Notes: generated from the letters alone by a model not told the origin. Numbered from the stretch's first letter, positions 1 through 12,921 are shown. The stretch: 64,000 nucleotides of DNA from Callorhinchus milii (GCF_018977255.1 NW_024704743.1:69938001-70002000), one strand, 5' to 3'. Numbers and translations: made by a program.

Positions 1-469
1 TTGACTGGCTTATTACGTAGGAGTAACACCATCTTTTATTTCTTTTTTGGTCAGCTAGGTGTCTGAAACATGTGGAAATCTGTCACCATGCTTAAGAGTA
101 TCTAAACCAAACTGAGAAGTCCACACTTGTGTGTCACCTAAACATCAAGGTGGCTGAACGTCACAAGTTGTCTTGTAAAGTAGTCCTACCATGCTAAAGG
201 CAGAAGTCTGTCAGATAGCTGATGAGGAAACTCTGAGGTTTAGGACCACAACTACTTGCAGGTGTTACCTTGAGTTTGTGAACACACATTCATAAAATCA
301 GCAAAAATCTGCTTGTCCAATGTCAAATGAACAAATCAAGACTATCTTTCTTGAGGGGGTGTTGGGGGAGCTAAGCAGGGTTTCCTTGATGCTGAACTGG
401 CTCCAAGGTGACATGCTTGACAACGTAATATTGGAATTGATCAATCAATTAAAATACAATAAATAATAG

Positions 470-700
470 AGGACAGGATGGCTCGGTAGCACAATATTTT
501 CACTTCTCCAACTTGTTGAAATCCAGCCTAGATTGACGCATCATCTCTCAGCTGGCTTTGACGTTTCCTATGTAAAATGAGTTTGGGCATTCGCAAGTCA
601 GGTTCCAGTAAGTGTGGGTCCACAATGCAAAACTGCTGTGAATTACTGTAATTGGTAATCTCACTTTGAGAATCCACAGAAATGCTTTTTATAAAAAAAA
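470..700 (-). mobile_element. Possible highly degraded hAT transposase C-terminus
   Basis: Frameshifted traces (AVLH..P..GT*L, LDFNKLE, LPSH) resembling the Charlie-type hAT end. Confidence 0.3.
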
Positions 701-1090
701 GATTGAAATTTGGATTAAAGACCACTTTATTTTACAATGGAAAATGGAGAGGTTGCGGCTGGGTTGAAGGTTATTTGCTTTGCATTTGCCTCTGGCTTAC
801 TTGGACTGGATAGCTGGATGCTGAGACTGGATGCCAGAAACAGACACATATTTCTCCATTGTTTTCATTTAAACATCATAAACCATTATCAAAGGTATAA
901 ATGAGTCACAAATAGCACGTTTTTTTTTAAAAATCCATAAACAGCTGTTGGAAGTAACAAACATGTTCAATATCACCTCAGTGTATTGTTGGTGGATTGT
1001 ACAAGATAATGTTATCAGTAAGCACAGTGTCAAATAATTATTCACAGTTTTAAGTTGCTAATGTAACATTTTCTTATTTTCTCTTTCCAG

Positions 1091-1291
1091 AATGCAATAG
1101 TTTCATTCAAGGAATTGTGTGGCCTGTCCCCGGTTTCTAATCTACTACAATGCATTATGGCCCTGTCCACCCTGCTGAGCAATGATCATGTTCCTATCGT
1201 AGTATTGAATCTAAAAGCTGATTATCCAGCAATGGAGCCCCAAGGAGTGATCCCAGAAGTTCTGAGGAAGGTAGTGACTGCATATGATGTG
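1091..1291 (+). CDS. Internal coding exon A of an unidentified multi-exon gene ([14 protein letters not shown]...KVVTAYDV, 67 aa)
   Basis: Pyrimidine tract and ttccag acceptor end at 1090, gtaagt donor starts at 1292; 201-nt open frame in phase 0/0 that joins exon B in frame. Confidence 0.88.
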
Positions 1292-1769
1292 GTAAGTAAC
1301 TACAAAGATCTGCTTACTATTCTTCACAAGAGCTTAGTTTGTTATCTTAATGCCTCTTACACGTAAAGTACCACAGATTTGAGAGTGGTGACCTCAGCAG
1401 CACAATAATATGTTTTCGTGCTATCTGCATGAAGCTCTCTGTGCGTTTGTCTAGTTCTCACAAATTCAGTCCGATTTTCATTGTTTGCAATAGAATGAGG
1501 AACGGGCATTCAGCTCATAGAACTCACTCATTCCACAGAATGTCTAAAAGCAATCCTATCATGGATTCCACTTCACACACTCTTTAGTGAATGTTCTGCA
1601 TAGATACTATACTCCTTGATCCCCTTCAAAACTTCCAAAATATTTATCAATTCCCTCAGCTCTCTCTTCTTTCCTTCATAGCCAACATGCTCTCTTCCCC
1701 AGCCCCACCAGCACAGAACCCACTGTCCTGTAATTCTACCTCCCAGGCTGCAGCTATATCCTCAATAGT

Positions 1770-2475
1770 CTAAGCTAACACTCCAATGCAATGCTGAGGG
1801 TGGGAGGGTATTCCATTGTCAGAGGCGCCGTCTTTTGGATGAGACGTTAAACAAAGTCCCTTCTTCCTTATCTGTTATAATAATAATAATAATCCTTGCA
1901 TTTGATACAGTGCTTTTCACGTCGGGAGGACATCCCAAGGTGCTTCACGGAACACACTGTAAAGTGAATTGACTGTATAATTGTGGGTGAACGCGGCAGC
2001 CAATTGCGCACAGCAATGTCCCACAAACAGTCGTAGATTGAAATTGACTAATTTATTATTGTTTTTGGTTTTGGAGGGATTATTATTAGGCTCTGTGTGG
2101 AGTAAGGAAACTTGCCCAAGGTTTCGCCCTGCCTGGAATTGAACTCGGGTCTCTCGCTTGCAAAGCGAGTGCTCTAACCACTGAGCTACAGGACTCCATG
2201 ACTGTTCAGGACTGTTCAGATGTCAGTCAAAGATCCTATGGCACTAAAAGAAAAGGGAGTTTGTCCCGCTGTCCTGGCCAACATCACCCCCACACCCTCC
2301 AAGTAAAAATTAGTCACTCACTCCATGGCTGGTTGTGGGACATTGCTGTGCATAACTCGCTGCCGCGTTTCACCTGCAAAGTAGTCACTCGACTTTACAA
2401 TATTCGCTTTGTGATTCGCTTTGATATGTCTTAACGATGTGAGAGGTGCTATGTCAAATGCAAGGATTATTATTA
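1770..2475 (+). mobile_element. Old Deu-type SINE interrupted by a younger SINE
   Basis: acactccaatgca...ggatgagacgttaaac before 1875 resumes at about 2200 (aaagatcctatggcact...gtgggacattgctgtgc) and ends in an L2-like tail. Confidence 0.7.
1877..2197 (-). mobile_element. Young tRNA-Ala-like SINE, full length
   Basis: Reverse complement of gagtcctgtagctcagtggttagagcactcgctttgcaagcgag head (Pol III A/B boxes), Deu-like core and (ATT)n tail. Confidence 0.92.
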
Positions 2476-3219
2476 ATCTGTTTCATATATCTACTACTCC
2501 GAGGAGAAAAAAAAATCTATAGACCCACTTGAGCCTTCAATACTACTAATTATAATAATCCTTACATTTGATACAGTTGAACCAATTTAATTTGTATTAA
2601 GTGAAATTAAAAATTCAATAGTATTCAAAGACTCACTCCTAACTAAATATCAGCTGTTTATACTTATTAAAATTGTTTTGTTTTTTATTATTAATCCTTA
2701 CAGTTGATTTAGCACCGTATCATGTCATCAAAGCGCTTCATAGGGTTTACTTCATCAAAGCGCTTCATAGGGTTTTCAGGGGCATAACTTTACAGCTGTT
2801 CAGAATCTAATCAGGTACTGGGCTGCTCTTGGTTTGTTTAGCACAGAGAAAGCAGGTGACTGCATCAGGTCTACATACAAATCTTGACGCAAATCTTCTG
2901 TTCCACAGCACTTGTGTTAAGGGTAGTTTGGAATTATTTTGCACTGTTTACATGTGAGTATTTAACACAGGTGAACCTAAGAGCAACTACTCATGAGAAT
3001 GTGCATATTGTCTGAATACAAATGGGCAATGATCAGAGGAGAAATGTTTATCCTTCTACACGTGTTGGAAGTGAACAGCAGAGCAGAAATTAGGATGGCC
3101 AAAGACAACTTGCTCTATTTTTGTATTCTAGTTTTTTTATATATTTTTAAATTAAACGTATATTGTTTGCCACAAGTGATTACTGAAGCTGACACCATCA
3201 TAACATTTATAAGATTTGT

Positions 3220-3465
3220 GGAGTCCTGTAGCTCAGTGGTTAGAGCACTCGCTTTGCAAGCGAGAGGCCTGAGTTCAATTCCAGGCAGGGTGAAACCTTG
3301 GGCAAGTTTCCTTACTCCACACACCTAATAATAATCCCTGCCACGTTTGCCCACAAATATACAATCAATTCACTTTACAGTGTGTTCTGTGAAGCGCTTT
3401 GGGACGTCCTCCCGACGTGAAAAGCGCTATATCAAATGCAAGGATTATTATTATTATTATTATTA
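3220..3465 (+). mobile_element. Young SINE with internal deletion
   Basis: Same head and tail; the core between aataatccct and gccacgttt is missing. Confidence 0.9.
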
Positions 3466-3724
3466 AGATATTTGCATAAATTATACTAAGAATCCTTGCA
3501 TTTGATATAGCAGGTTATCACACCGTTGACACGTCTCAAAGCACTTCACAGAATATACTGTAAAGTGGAATTACGAGGCACACAATAAAGAGTACGGAGA
3601 AAAAGTGGTGAATTGGAATTGGAGTAAATAGTTCCATTAGAGCAGATAGCTACTACCACCTTAGGCTTGGTGGGCTGAATGGATTCCTTCTGTGCCAGAA
3701 TTTTTATGATTCTAGACTCTTATT

Positions 3725-4050
3725 GGAGTCCTGTAGCTCAGTGGTTAGAGCACTCGCCTTGCAAGCGGGACACCTGGGTTTAATTCCAGGCAGAGGGCGA
3801 AATCTTGGGCAAATTTCCTTACTCCACACGCCTAATAATAATCCCTCCAAAACAAAACAATAATAAATTGGTCATTTTCAATCCACGACTGTTTATGGGA
3901 CACTGCTGTGCGCAATTGACTGCCGCGTTTCGCCCACAAATATCCGGTCAATTCACTTTACAGTATATTCTGTGAAGCGCTTTGACACATCGAGAAGACG
4001 TGAACAGCGCTATATCAAATGCAAGGATCATTATTATTATATATTATTAT
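3725..4050 (+). mobile_element. Young SINE, full length
   Basis: tRNA-like head, core and tail tatcaaatgcaaggatcattattatt. Confidence 0.92.
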
Positions 4051-4141
4051 TTAGTCAGCTGAGTATCTGACCTGCACAGCACCCATACATAAGTATCTCC
4101 AGACCAAAACTATAATAATAATCCTTGCATTTGATATAGCG

Positions 4142-4517
4142 CCTATCCCCCTACTTACCTGCCCGTACCCTCCGTTCCTCTGGCTCCGGTCTGCTCCACG
4201 TCCCCCGCCCCAACTGCCCCACCATCGGTGGCCGGGCCTTCAGCCTCTCAGCCCCGAGGCTCTGGAACTCTATCCCTCAGTGCCTTCGCCGCCTCCTCCC
4301 TTTCCTCCTTCAAGGCCGGTCTCAAGACCTTTCTCTTTGACTGTGCCTTCAGCTCCCCTCTCGACTCTCTACCCCCTCCTCGCTCCCTCCCTTCCTTCCC
4401 CTCACCCTGACCATTTCCCCCCCCTGCTCGGGTCCTGACCCAACTGTCCAGCGCCTTGGGACGTCCTCCCGACGTGAAAGGCGCTCTATAAATGAAATCT
4501 TGTCGTTGTTGTTGTTG
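4142..4517 (+). mobile_element. 5'-truncated young L2 LINE
   Basis: End of ORF2 ([15 protein letters not shown]), 3' stem-loop and (GTT)n tail. Confidence 0.9.
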
Positions 4518-5749
4518 TAAACACATCTTCGAGACAACTCAAAAAACGACTAAGAGTTCCACACATGCACAGTGTCTGTTTGTCTGGAATGAAGTGTGTA
4601 CTTTCTGCCCAGAGGAATACAACCTGCTTGTCTAACTCCAGAGACCTTAGGCCCAATTGGGGAGAGCTGATCTAAAACTGGCAATGTACTATTGCTGAAA
4701 TTTAACTGGAAGCTAAATCTGCACAGCTCACCTTTGAGGAACACAACAACATAAGTATGTTCAAGGACAGAAAAGACTATTATAGTACATCTGGTGAGTC
4801 TCAGTTTAAATACAAATTTAGAAAAAAACTATACAATTCTAACTCTCATACCCTCAATTGAATTTTTCTTCAAATAGCTACCTAATTCCTTCTTAAATTT
4901 GCTAACAATTTGTCTCCCTGGCTACTCTATTTGCCACTTTCTGTGTAAAATAATTAAATTTGAACTGCTGATCTTGAGTCTGAGTCACCTTGTTCTACGT
5001 TTTTAACAATAATTATCTCATCTATACCCTTCAGGTTCATCTGCGGGGAGTGGGGACAGAAGCTCATATCCCCAGCATATGTTTCACTGATATCCAGGGG
5101 CTGATTCTCCACTGCTTGTTAAATTTACCGACGCCAGTGATGGGAGTTTGTAATTGGAAAATCTAATCATAAACTCACACCAACACGATTGGCAACCAGC
5201 AACCAGCTGAGAATCATTCCCTAGAGGCTGTTTTGTTTTAATTGACTGTTTGTGATTAGTTTATTTTAGAAGTTTAGTAGCTCTTATTTAATTTGATGCT
5301 GAGATAAAAAGACCTAAGGTGATTATCACCGTGTTAGTTTTTTTTCTGAAATCAAAGTGATTTTTTTCAGGTAGCTGCTTGCTGTTTTTCAAATTCATAT
5401 GCTATGTCTTATTAATCTTGTGAAAAATTGTTTCAGATCTTGTAAAAAATGTTTCAAGCACAGATAGGATATGGAATGCCATTCTGGTTGTTGAGACACA
5501 ATCCATATTAGTTTTTAAAAGGGAAGTAAATAGATATCTAAAATGGTGTAACCTCCAGGGGTATCAGGGGAGAAATCGTAGGCAAATGAGACTGAAATGA
5601 TTGCTCTTTAAAAGAGACAACACATTCACAATGGTCCGAATGACTTTCTTCTGCGCTGTACATTTCTATGGTTCTATTACATTGTTGAAAAGTGTCAAAG
5701 TGCATATGTAATCTTATTGTGAATTATAGTGCATATTATACTGTGTATT

Positions 5750-6092
5750 TATAGGCAAATGTGGCAGCAATGTCCCACAAACAAAATGACCAATTTTATC
5801 TGGAGGATTATTGGCCAGAACACTGGGAGAAACTCCATTCTCTTTTTTGTGTAGTGCAATGGGATCTTTAATGTCTAGTTGAACAAGCAGACAGAACCTC
5901 AATTTAACGTCTCACCTGAACGATGGCAACTCAAACAATACTGGGTTATATTGTCAGCCTAGACTATGAGTTTAATGGCCTGATGTGGGGCTTGAATCTT
6001 CTGACTCAGAGGCTCTCTTGCCTCTGAGTCAGAAGATTCAAGTCTCACGTCAAGACATTGACTCAGAGTACCAATCGAGCCAGCTTGACACC
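5750..6092 (-). mobile_element. Old Deu-type SINE containing a fold-back duplication
   Basis: cagcaatgtcccacaaac core, gggatctttaatgtc and a ttctgactcagagg head in reverse orientation. Confidence 0.7.
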
Positions 6093-7062
6093 CTGCTATA
6101 AAATTCTATGTAATTATATATAATGAGTAGCAGTGACTTTGCAGTCAGGAGCAATGTAATCATTGAAGTGAGCAAGGGTGATAGAGCAAGAGTGCTCACT
6201 TTTATACAACAGAATCTTCCGTGCAGTTAACAATTTAAAGACTAGTTCTGTGCATTCAACTGAATAGGAAATCCATGTATAAGCAAATTAAACTGTATCT
6301 GTGTACATACTTACATAATGTGGACCTGATTTTAGTTTGATATGTGCATTGATCTGTGCTTCATAATACTCCGAGGCACAGTTCTGTGCAAGCTCTTCGG
6401 CTACGTTTCAAGGTACTGAATAAATATGGATTAGTTAATTTACATTGAGTTTTGGCATCCCAGATTCCAGAGGGCATTGGCTAGGAAATGGCCTTCCAAG
6501 TGCTGAAGCTGCATCCTTCCATGATCAAATATGAGCAGATGGCAAGAGTGAAGAAAAAAAATGATATTTCTAGATAGGACTATCAGGATCAAGCATGCGT
6601 AAATTAAAGGGTCGAAATTCAGGGCCCTACTCAATGAATGCAAAACAAATGGAATTTGGGGAAAAAATTAAAATATATCGTGCAACATATATATGAAATT
6701 CCATAGCAATTTTTTTTGTGTGTAAAGCATCAATATGCTACTGGCATCCAGTTATAGTCATAGAAACATAGAAATCTACTGCGCAATAGGAGGCCATTCG
6801 GCCCATCAAGTCGACACCAGCTCACAGAGCAAGAAGATCAATTCAATCCCATTGCTCCACCTTATCCCCATACCCCTTCAAGCCTCTCTACTTCCCTATA
6901 AGTCCTCTCCCTTGATTTGACATGAATAAAATGGAGTTTTATTGCATATGGAAAACTCTATCAAATAAACATGTTCTTGTCAGATTGAGGTGGGGATGGG
7001 AGTTGGAAATGGCATTATGGGTGGTTATGTAGGTGAATCTGCAGTTGTATTGCATTATCCTG

Positions 7063-7360
7063 TGGAGTCCTGTAGCTCAGTGGTTAGAGCACTCGAGAGA
7101 TTGGGTTCGATTCCCGGCAGGGTGAAACGTTGGGCAAGTTTCCTTACTCCAAATGCCTGATAATAATCCCTCAAGAAAAATAAATAAAATAATAATTTGG
7201 TCGCTCAATCCACGACTGTTTGTGGGACACTGCTGTGTGCGATTGGCTGCGGCATTTCACCCACAAATATTCACTTTTCAATATATTCTGTGAAGTGCTT
7301 TGAGACATCTAGAAAATGTGAAAAGCTCTATATCAAATGCAAAGATGATTACCTATTATT
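7063..7360 (+). mobile_element. SINE, same tRNA-derived family
   Basis: Head with anticodon-arm deletion, core and tail. Confidence 0.88.
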
Positions 7361-7369
7361 CTCCAGCAG

Positions 7370-7800
7370 CTCTTCGAGCAGTGCCTCAGGCATTTTATCT
7401 TCTGGCTGCAAGGTGGAGCGTTTGTCAATCCCTCCAGCTCCTGGGAGGATAGGAGATCTCCCTCAGATGATCAGCAGGAATAGGAGGCAAACTATATCAT
7501 GAATCATCTGCTAGTCCATAACATCTGTATAATCCCCAGCAACATCTGGGCTGTCTGGCCAGTTGGTTGCTCCTTTTCCAGAATGTGACATATGGGTTTT
7601 GCTAAATTAGTCTGTATAACCTTGGCAAAGACCTTCACAGGCCATTTGTATAGATATGACAGCTCTCAGGCCCTGACTGCACATTTCTGTCAGATGGCTG
7701 TCAATTTCCGACCCCCACCGCACTCTTTTCCATGGCAGACTAGCAAAGCATAGCAACCTCCAACCATATGATGGATTCCTTTAACATTGCAGTTAGACGG
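7370..7800 (-). mobile_element. Degraded non-LTR reverse transcriptase fragment, clade uncertain
   Basis: Minus-strand VKVFAKVIQTNLAKPICHILEKEQ at about 7570-7640 resembles LINE RT domains 1-2; many stops nearby. Confidence 0.4.
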
Positions 7801-8204
7801 TATGTGCTTTCGCTATTTTCCCTTATATTGTCCCTCAGTTCCTGCGATAAATCTACCTATCGATTGTGTCAAAGTCTTCAGCAATTTTTTCTCCTCACCC
7901 AGTGCACCTTTCCACATGCGTGAGCATTACAGGGCTATGACATTTGAGCTTTCTCCTGGATTTTCATCTCTTGCAAGATGTACTCCTTACCTCTGAAGTG
8001 TTCTGTGTGCCATAGATCCACTCCCCACAGCTATCTTACTCATTCCTTTCTCTGCATGCTTTTCGATGTGGCAGTGTGCAGGGCCTGATGATGGTTGTGT
8101 GGGTCTGTATTGGTGGGAGGAAGGGGTTTGGGGAGAAGGATTTTGGAAGAGAGCCTGGTAATGCTTATCTTCTTCATGCTCTTCCTGGGCCATATAATAA
8201 TACA

Positions 8205-8513
8205 ATTAATAATAATCCTTGCATTTGATATAGCGCTTTTCATGTCTTCTAGACGTCTCAAAGTGCTTCACAGAATATACTGTAAAGTGAATTGACTGTA
8301 TATTTATGGGCGAAACGCGGCAGCCAATTGCGCACAGCAGTGTCCCACAAACAGTTGTGGATTGAGTGACCAAATTATTATTGTTTTTTTTCTTGAGGGA
8401 TTATTATCAGGCGTGTGGAGTAAGGAAACTTACCCAAGGTTTCGCCTGTCGGGAATCAAACCCAGGTCTCTCGCTTGCGAGGCGAGTGCTCTAACCACTG
8501 AGCTACAGGACTC
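8205..8513 (-). mobile_element. Young SINE (TAGAA-loop tail)
   Basis: Full head, core and tail in reverse orientation. Confidence 0.92.
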
Positions 8514-8560
8514 AACAACAAATATAACAGATAGCTACAATGCGCTTCCTCTTCTCCAGG

Positions 8561-8866
8561 AATAATCCTTGCATTTGATATAGCGCTTTTCACATCGGGA
8601 GGACGTCCCAAAGCGCTTCACAAAACACACTGTAAAGTGAATTGACTGTATATTTGTGGGCGAACGCGGCAGCCAATTGCGCACAGCAATGTCCCACAAA
8701 CAGTCGTAGATTGAAAATGACCAATTTATTATTGTTTTTGGTTTTTTGGAGGGATTATTATTAGGCGTGTGGAGTAAGGAAACTTGCCCAAGGTTTCGCC
8801 CTGTCTGGATTTGAACTCCGGTCTCTCACTTGCAAAGCGAGTGCTCTAACCACTGAGCTACAGGAG
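8561..8866 (-). mobile_element. Young SINE (CTCCC-loop tail), tandem with the previous copy
   Basis: Full head, core and tail in reverse orientation. Confidence 0.92.
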
Positions 8867-10039
8867 CTATAGGACTCCACGCCTTTCTCCACGCCTTGTT
8901 TCCAGTAATCGTCCTGTAACACAATAAAGTAAAATAATATCAATATACACTTTCCTGACATTCACGTGGGCATGTTCCCCTTATCATCCTTGAGACGTAT
9001 TTTTGAGGCATCTCGAAGGCATGATAAGGCGCTATATCAAATGCAAGGATTATTATCCTTGAGCTGTATGCCAATTCAACCGAAGCCACTCATTTCCACA
9101 TGAGCAAAACCATGTTGGAAGTCACACTGCTAAGACGGCATGTGCCACGTTAGCAAAAGCATAAATAGAAGTATATTAAGTAAAAAAAATCTATTGCACC
9201 TTGGCACTCCTTTGAAGATCATTGTACTTCTTTTGTATTTCAAGGTGTGTCCTTTTGGTAGGGCTGGCCACATTCACTCATCTAAATATTTCCTTCCAGG
9301 CTTCTCTCCTAACATTTCTTGTTAGAGAACAATAGTCTAATTTCTTGTTAGAGAACTCACTGAGACTAGCAATACCAGAAAAACATGTCCAAACCTCAGT
9401 GACACTTTCCACTTGTACCACTTTGGCCTGCTCCAAGAAGTGACTTTTTTTGATCTTCATATTTTCTCCCTGTCGGAGTCTGCTTTAATATATCCCAGGT
9501 GTATTTCTGAAGTCAATATTCCCCATGTTGTACAATAACCTTGTTGTGGTCATTAACAAAAATGTTGTGGGTTATTCTGGAACTTCCTTCTGGTTGACTA
9601 ATCTTTTAAATTGCAACCCTTCTTTTGGACTATTATTATTCACTTTGACTGCATTAACCTTCCCATGTAAAAACATATTATTTTAACTTCAAACTTCTAC
9701 ATCTGTCAGTTTAAATTAATCGCAATTTCGAGTTTTACAACAAAATAGTTTTGAAATGTGCTTTTTTTTATATAGAAGAGTGGAATTTTCTGAAACAGTT
9801 GTGCCAGGCAAAAATAGTTGAATAGTTGAATTTTATCCAGATGTAAGTAGAATCTATCTAGCATGCCCATCCAAATTCCCAAAAGATGTCTCCGACACAT
9901 CTAAAAAGTCATAAAATAACTCTAAATAAAATTAACTTGTAGGAATCTTTGGTGCCATATTAACAGATGTGACACCATTCCTTTGTGTCACAAATATGTG
10001 TACTATGGTAAAATGCACAGACAGGACTTTTAGAGCAGG

Positions 10040-10606
10040 CCACTGAAACTCTTGTTCGTGCCTTCATCACCTCCAGGCTCGACTATGCAAATGCCCTGCT
10101 TGTGGGCCTTCCCATCTTCTCCCTCCACAGGCTGCAGATAATCCAGAACTCTGCAGCCCGTGTCCTCTCCCGCACCATACTCCGTGACCCCATCTCCCCC
10201 ACTCTCGCCCGACTCCATTGGCTCCCTATCCTTCAGAGGATCCAGTTCAAGATCCTGGTCCTCACGTACAAAGCCCTCCATGGCCTCGCCCCACCCTACC
10301 TCTGCGAACTCCTAACCCCCTACCAACCTGCCCGCTTCCTCCGCTCAGCCGGCTCAGGCCTGCTCCACGTCCCCCGACCCACCCGCCCCACCATTGGCGG
10401 GAGAGCCTTCAGCCACTCTGCCCCCAACCTCTGGAATTCCATCCCCCAATCACTCCGCCTCGCCCCCTCCTTTGCCTCCTTCAAGTCCCGCCTCCCCTCC
10501 CTTCCCCCCCCAACCCCAGCTCGGGTCTGAAATGCTGTACTCTGTCCAGCGCCTTGGGACGTCCTCCCGACGTGAAAGGCGCTATACAAATGTAATCTTG
10601 TTGTTT
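10040..10606 (+). mobile_element. L2 LINE 3' portion
   Basis: ORF 10102..10530 [12 protein letters not shown]...LHWLPILQRIQFKILVLTYKALHGLAPPYL is a typical L2 ORF2 C-terminus; stem-loop and GTT tail. Confidence 0.93.
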
Positions 10607-11384
10607 TGCCAGGTCATAAGTAGAATAACATTGTGTCCAAAAGCTTCACTCTATATTACTGGATGGTTTAGTAAGCAGAATCCATACCATACTCGTTTTT
10701 TTAATGTAATTTATTAGATCAGTAATCAAGACAAAGGACACAAATATTGAATAAAGGCTATTGCAAATGTAACATTCTCAACAAAACAAAAGGCCATAGG
10801 CCTCCCTGCTCTTTATTGGAATGATGCTGCAAAGTATTCCTTGCCTCACATGCAGCATCATTTTGGAGAATTGAGGAGAACATAATCCTCTACCTTTTCT
10901 ATGGCCTTTCAGAATTTCACAGCAGTGCAAATGACCTTTAAAAAAAGGCTATCATATTTTATGACTTCACAGTAGCAGAAGTATTGTGCAATCATTTGCA
11001 GCAGATTACAGGGAAGCGACCATGTACTGTGTATTGTATAAACTCTTATTACATGATTTTTCATGTCAAAACATGAAACTGTTTCTGCATGTAATCTCTT
11101 ATAGTGTCAAACCTTATTAACTGCTTGGCTCAGAATGCTATTCAAACGGTTGATCTGTGACTGAGCAAAAGGCACGTTGCAAGCTGCTAATGTCAACAAC
11201 AAACATTTTACCTTTCAAACCATTCGCGTGCTCATACTAGTCTCATGGCTATACCACAGAGAACTTTAAAATGTTCTCAAAAATATCAAGAATGTAAAAG
11301 AACCAAAAGCACACACTACAACTTAACATGAAGATCACAAATCAATGAACATTATAAACCGATTATAAAAGGTAATTTTTTTAA

Positions 11385-11458
11385 AAAATTATATAATACT
11401 ATAAAATATAATAATAATAATAATAATAATGTTAGATAATAATAATATTATTATTATT

Positions 11459-11491
<33 letters not shown>

Positions 11492-11492
11492 A
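11385..11492. repeat. (ATA)n/(TAT)n low-complexity palindromic tract
   Basis: Alternating aataat and attatt runs. Confidence 0.85.
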
Positions 11493-12390
11493 AATACAAT
11501 ACAATTTGCATCTATATAATATTGGGAGGATGTTTCAAAGCGCTTGACAAGCCTGCTTGGGCAATGGAAGTGGGAGGGTGAGCCGAGGGGCTGGGGGAGG
11601 GGAAACATGACCAAAGCAGCAGTCAAAGGGAGCTATCAGGCGAATAGGATTAGATTACGTGGAGAAAAACACCTGTGAATACTTGTTGGGTGAATACCTG
11701 TTTCCGTGCTCTAACATTCTACAGGGTAAAATTGCAGAATTCCTGAACACATTCTGGGTTCGAAATTCTGGTGAGGAAATGCAAATAGAGTTAAAATGGA
11801 ATAGGAACAGTGGCACTTCTGCAGACACCCTTGTCTCGGGTACACCATGCTATGTACTTCAGTGAAAGACTTATGTTTTCATTGATCGCATGGGATTTTG
11901 TACAACTGCGTAAGGAGGAAGAAGAAAGTTATCTCTCAACTTTGAGAAAAGAATGTGAGCTAAATCACGTAAAGATTCAACCTCAGGTTTAGTGGTTGAA
12001 GGAGAGCTTTGATGTGATGTGACATTGGCAGCAACCTGATAACTTGGAAGTCAGCCTATAATAATATAAAAAGCCGGCCAATGAACAGAACATGGCCATG
12101 TAGTACTGTTCAGCTTATATTGCCTCTCCTCATTCTTCCTCCCAAAATGTATCACTTTGCATTTCTCCACATTAACAACAACAACAAGATTTCATTTATA
12201 GAACACCTTTCACGTCGGGAGGACGTCCCAAGGCGCTGGACAGTTGGGTCAGGTCCCGAGCAGTGGGGAAATGGTCAGGGTGAGGGGAGGGAAGGGCAGA
12301 TTAAACTTCATCTGCCACGTGGGGAGGAAACGTTTGCAGGGCTATGGGGAGAAAGCGCGGGTAAGTGGGATTGATTTGGGCAGCTCTTTT

Positions 12391-12921
12391 CAACAACAAC
12401 AACAACAACAAGATTCCATTTATAAAGCGCCTTTCACGTCAGGAGGACGTCCCAAGGCGCTGCACAGTTGGGTCATGACCCGAGCAGGGGGGAAATGGTC
12501 AGGGTGAGGGAAGGGAGGGAGCGAGGAGGGGGGAAATGGTCAGGGTGAGGGGAGGGATGGGAGGGAGCGAGGGGGGAAATGGTCAGGGTGAGGGGAGGGA
12601 TGGGAGGGAGCGAGAAGGGGGAAGAGAGTCGAGAGGGGAGCTGAAGGCACGGTCAAAGAGAAAGGTTTTGAGACCGGCCTTGAAGGAGGAAAGGGAGGAG
12701 GCGGCGAAGGCACTGGGGGATAGAGTTCCAGAGCCTCGGGGCTGAGAGGCTGAAGGCCCGACCACCGATGGTAGGGCGGTTGGGGCGGGGGACGTGGAGC
12801 AGACCGGAGCCGGAGTAACGGAGGGTACGGGCAGGTAGGTAGGGGGATAGTAGGTTGGAGAGGTAGGAGGGAGCGAGGCCGTGAATGGCCTTGTAGGTGA
12901 GGATGAGGATCTTGAAATCAA
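12391..12921 (-). mobile_element. Young L2 inserted into a CR1 3' end
   Basis: (CAA)n tail, [20 protein letters not shown]; flanked by direct repeat gctcttttcaa (12383-12393 and 12926-12936). Confidence 0.93.

Noticed and set aside
2725..2775. 24-bp tandem duplication (similar small ones at about 28582-28621, 29857-29917 and 59648-59681)
   Set aside because: Ordinary slippage duplications with no sign of function
3220..3295. tRNA-Ala(TGC)-like sequence, many copies
   Set aside because: No convincing acceptor-stem pairing and each copy continues into a SINE body and tail; these are SINE heads, not tRNA genes
12487..12615. Spaced direct repeats resembling a CRISPR array
   Set aside because: Tandem units without unique spacers, inside an L2 3' UTR in a vertebrate genome, with no cas genes
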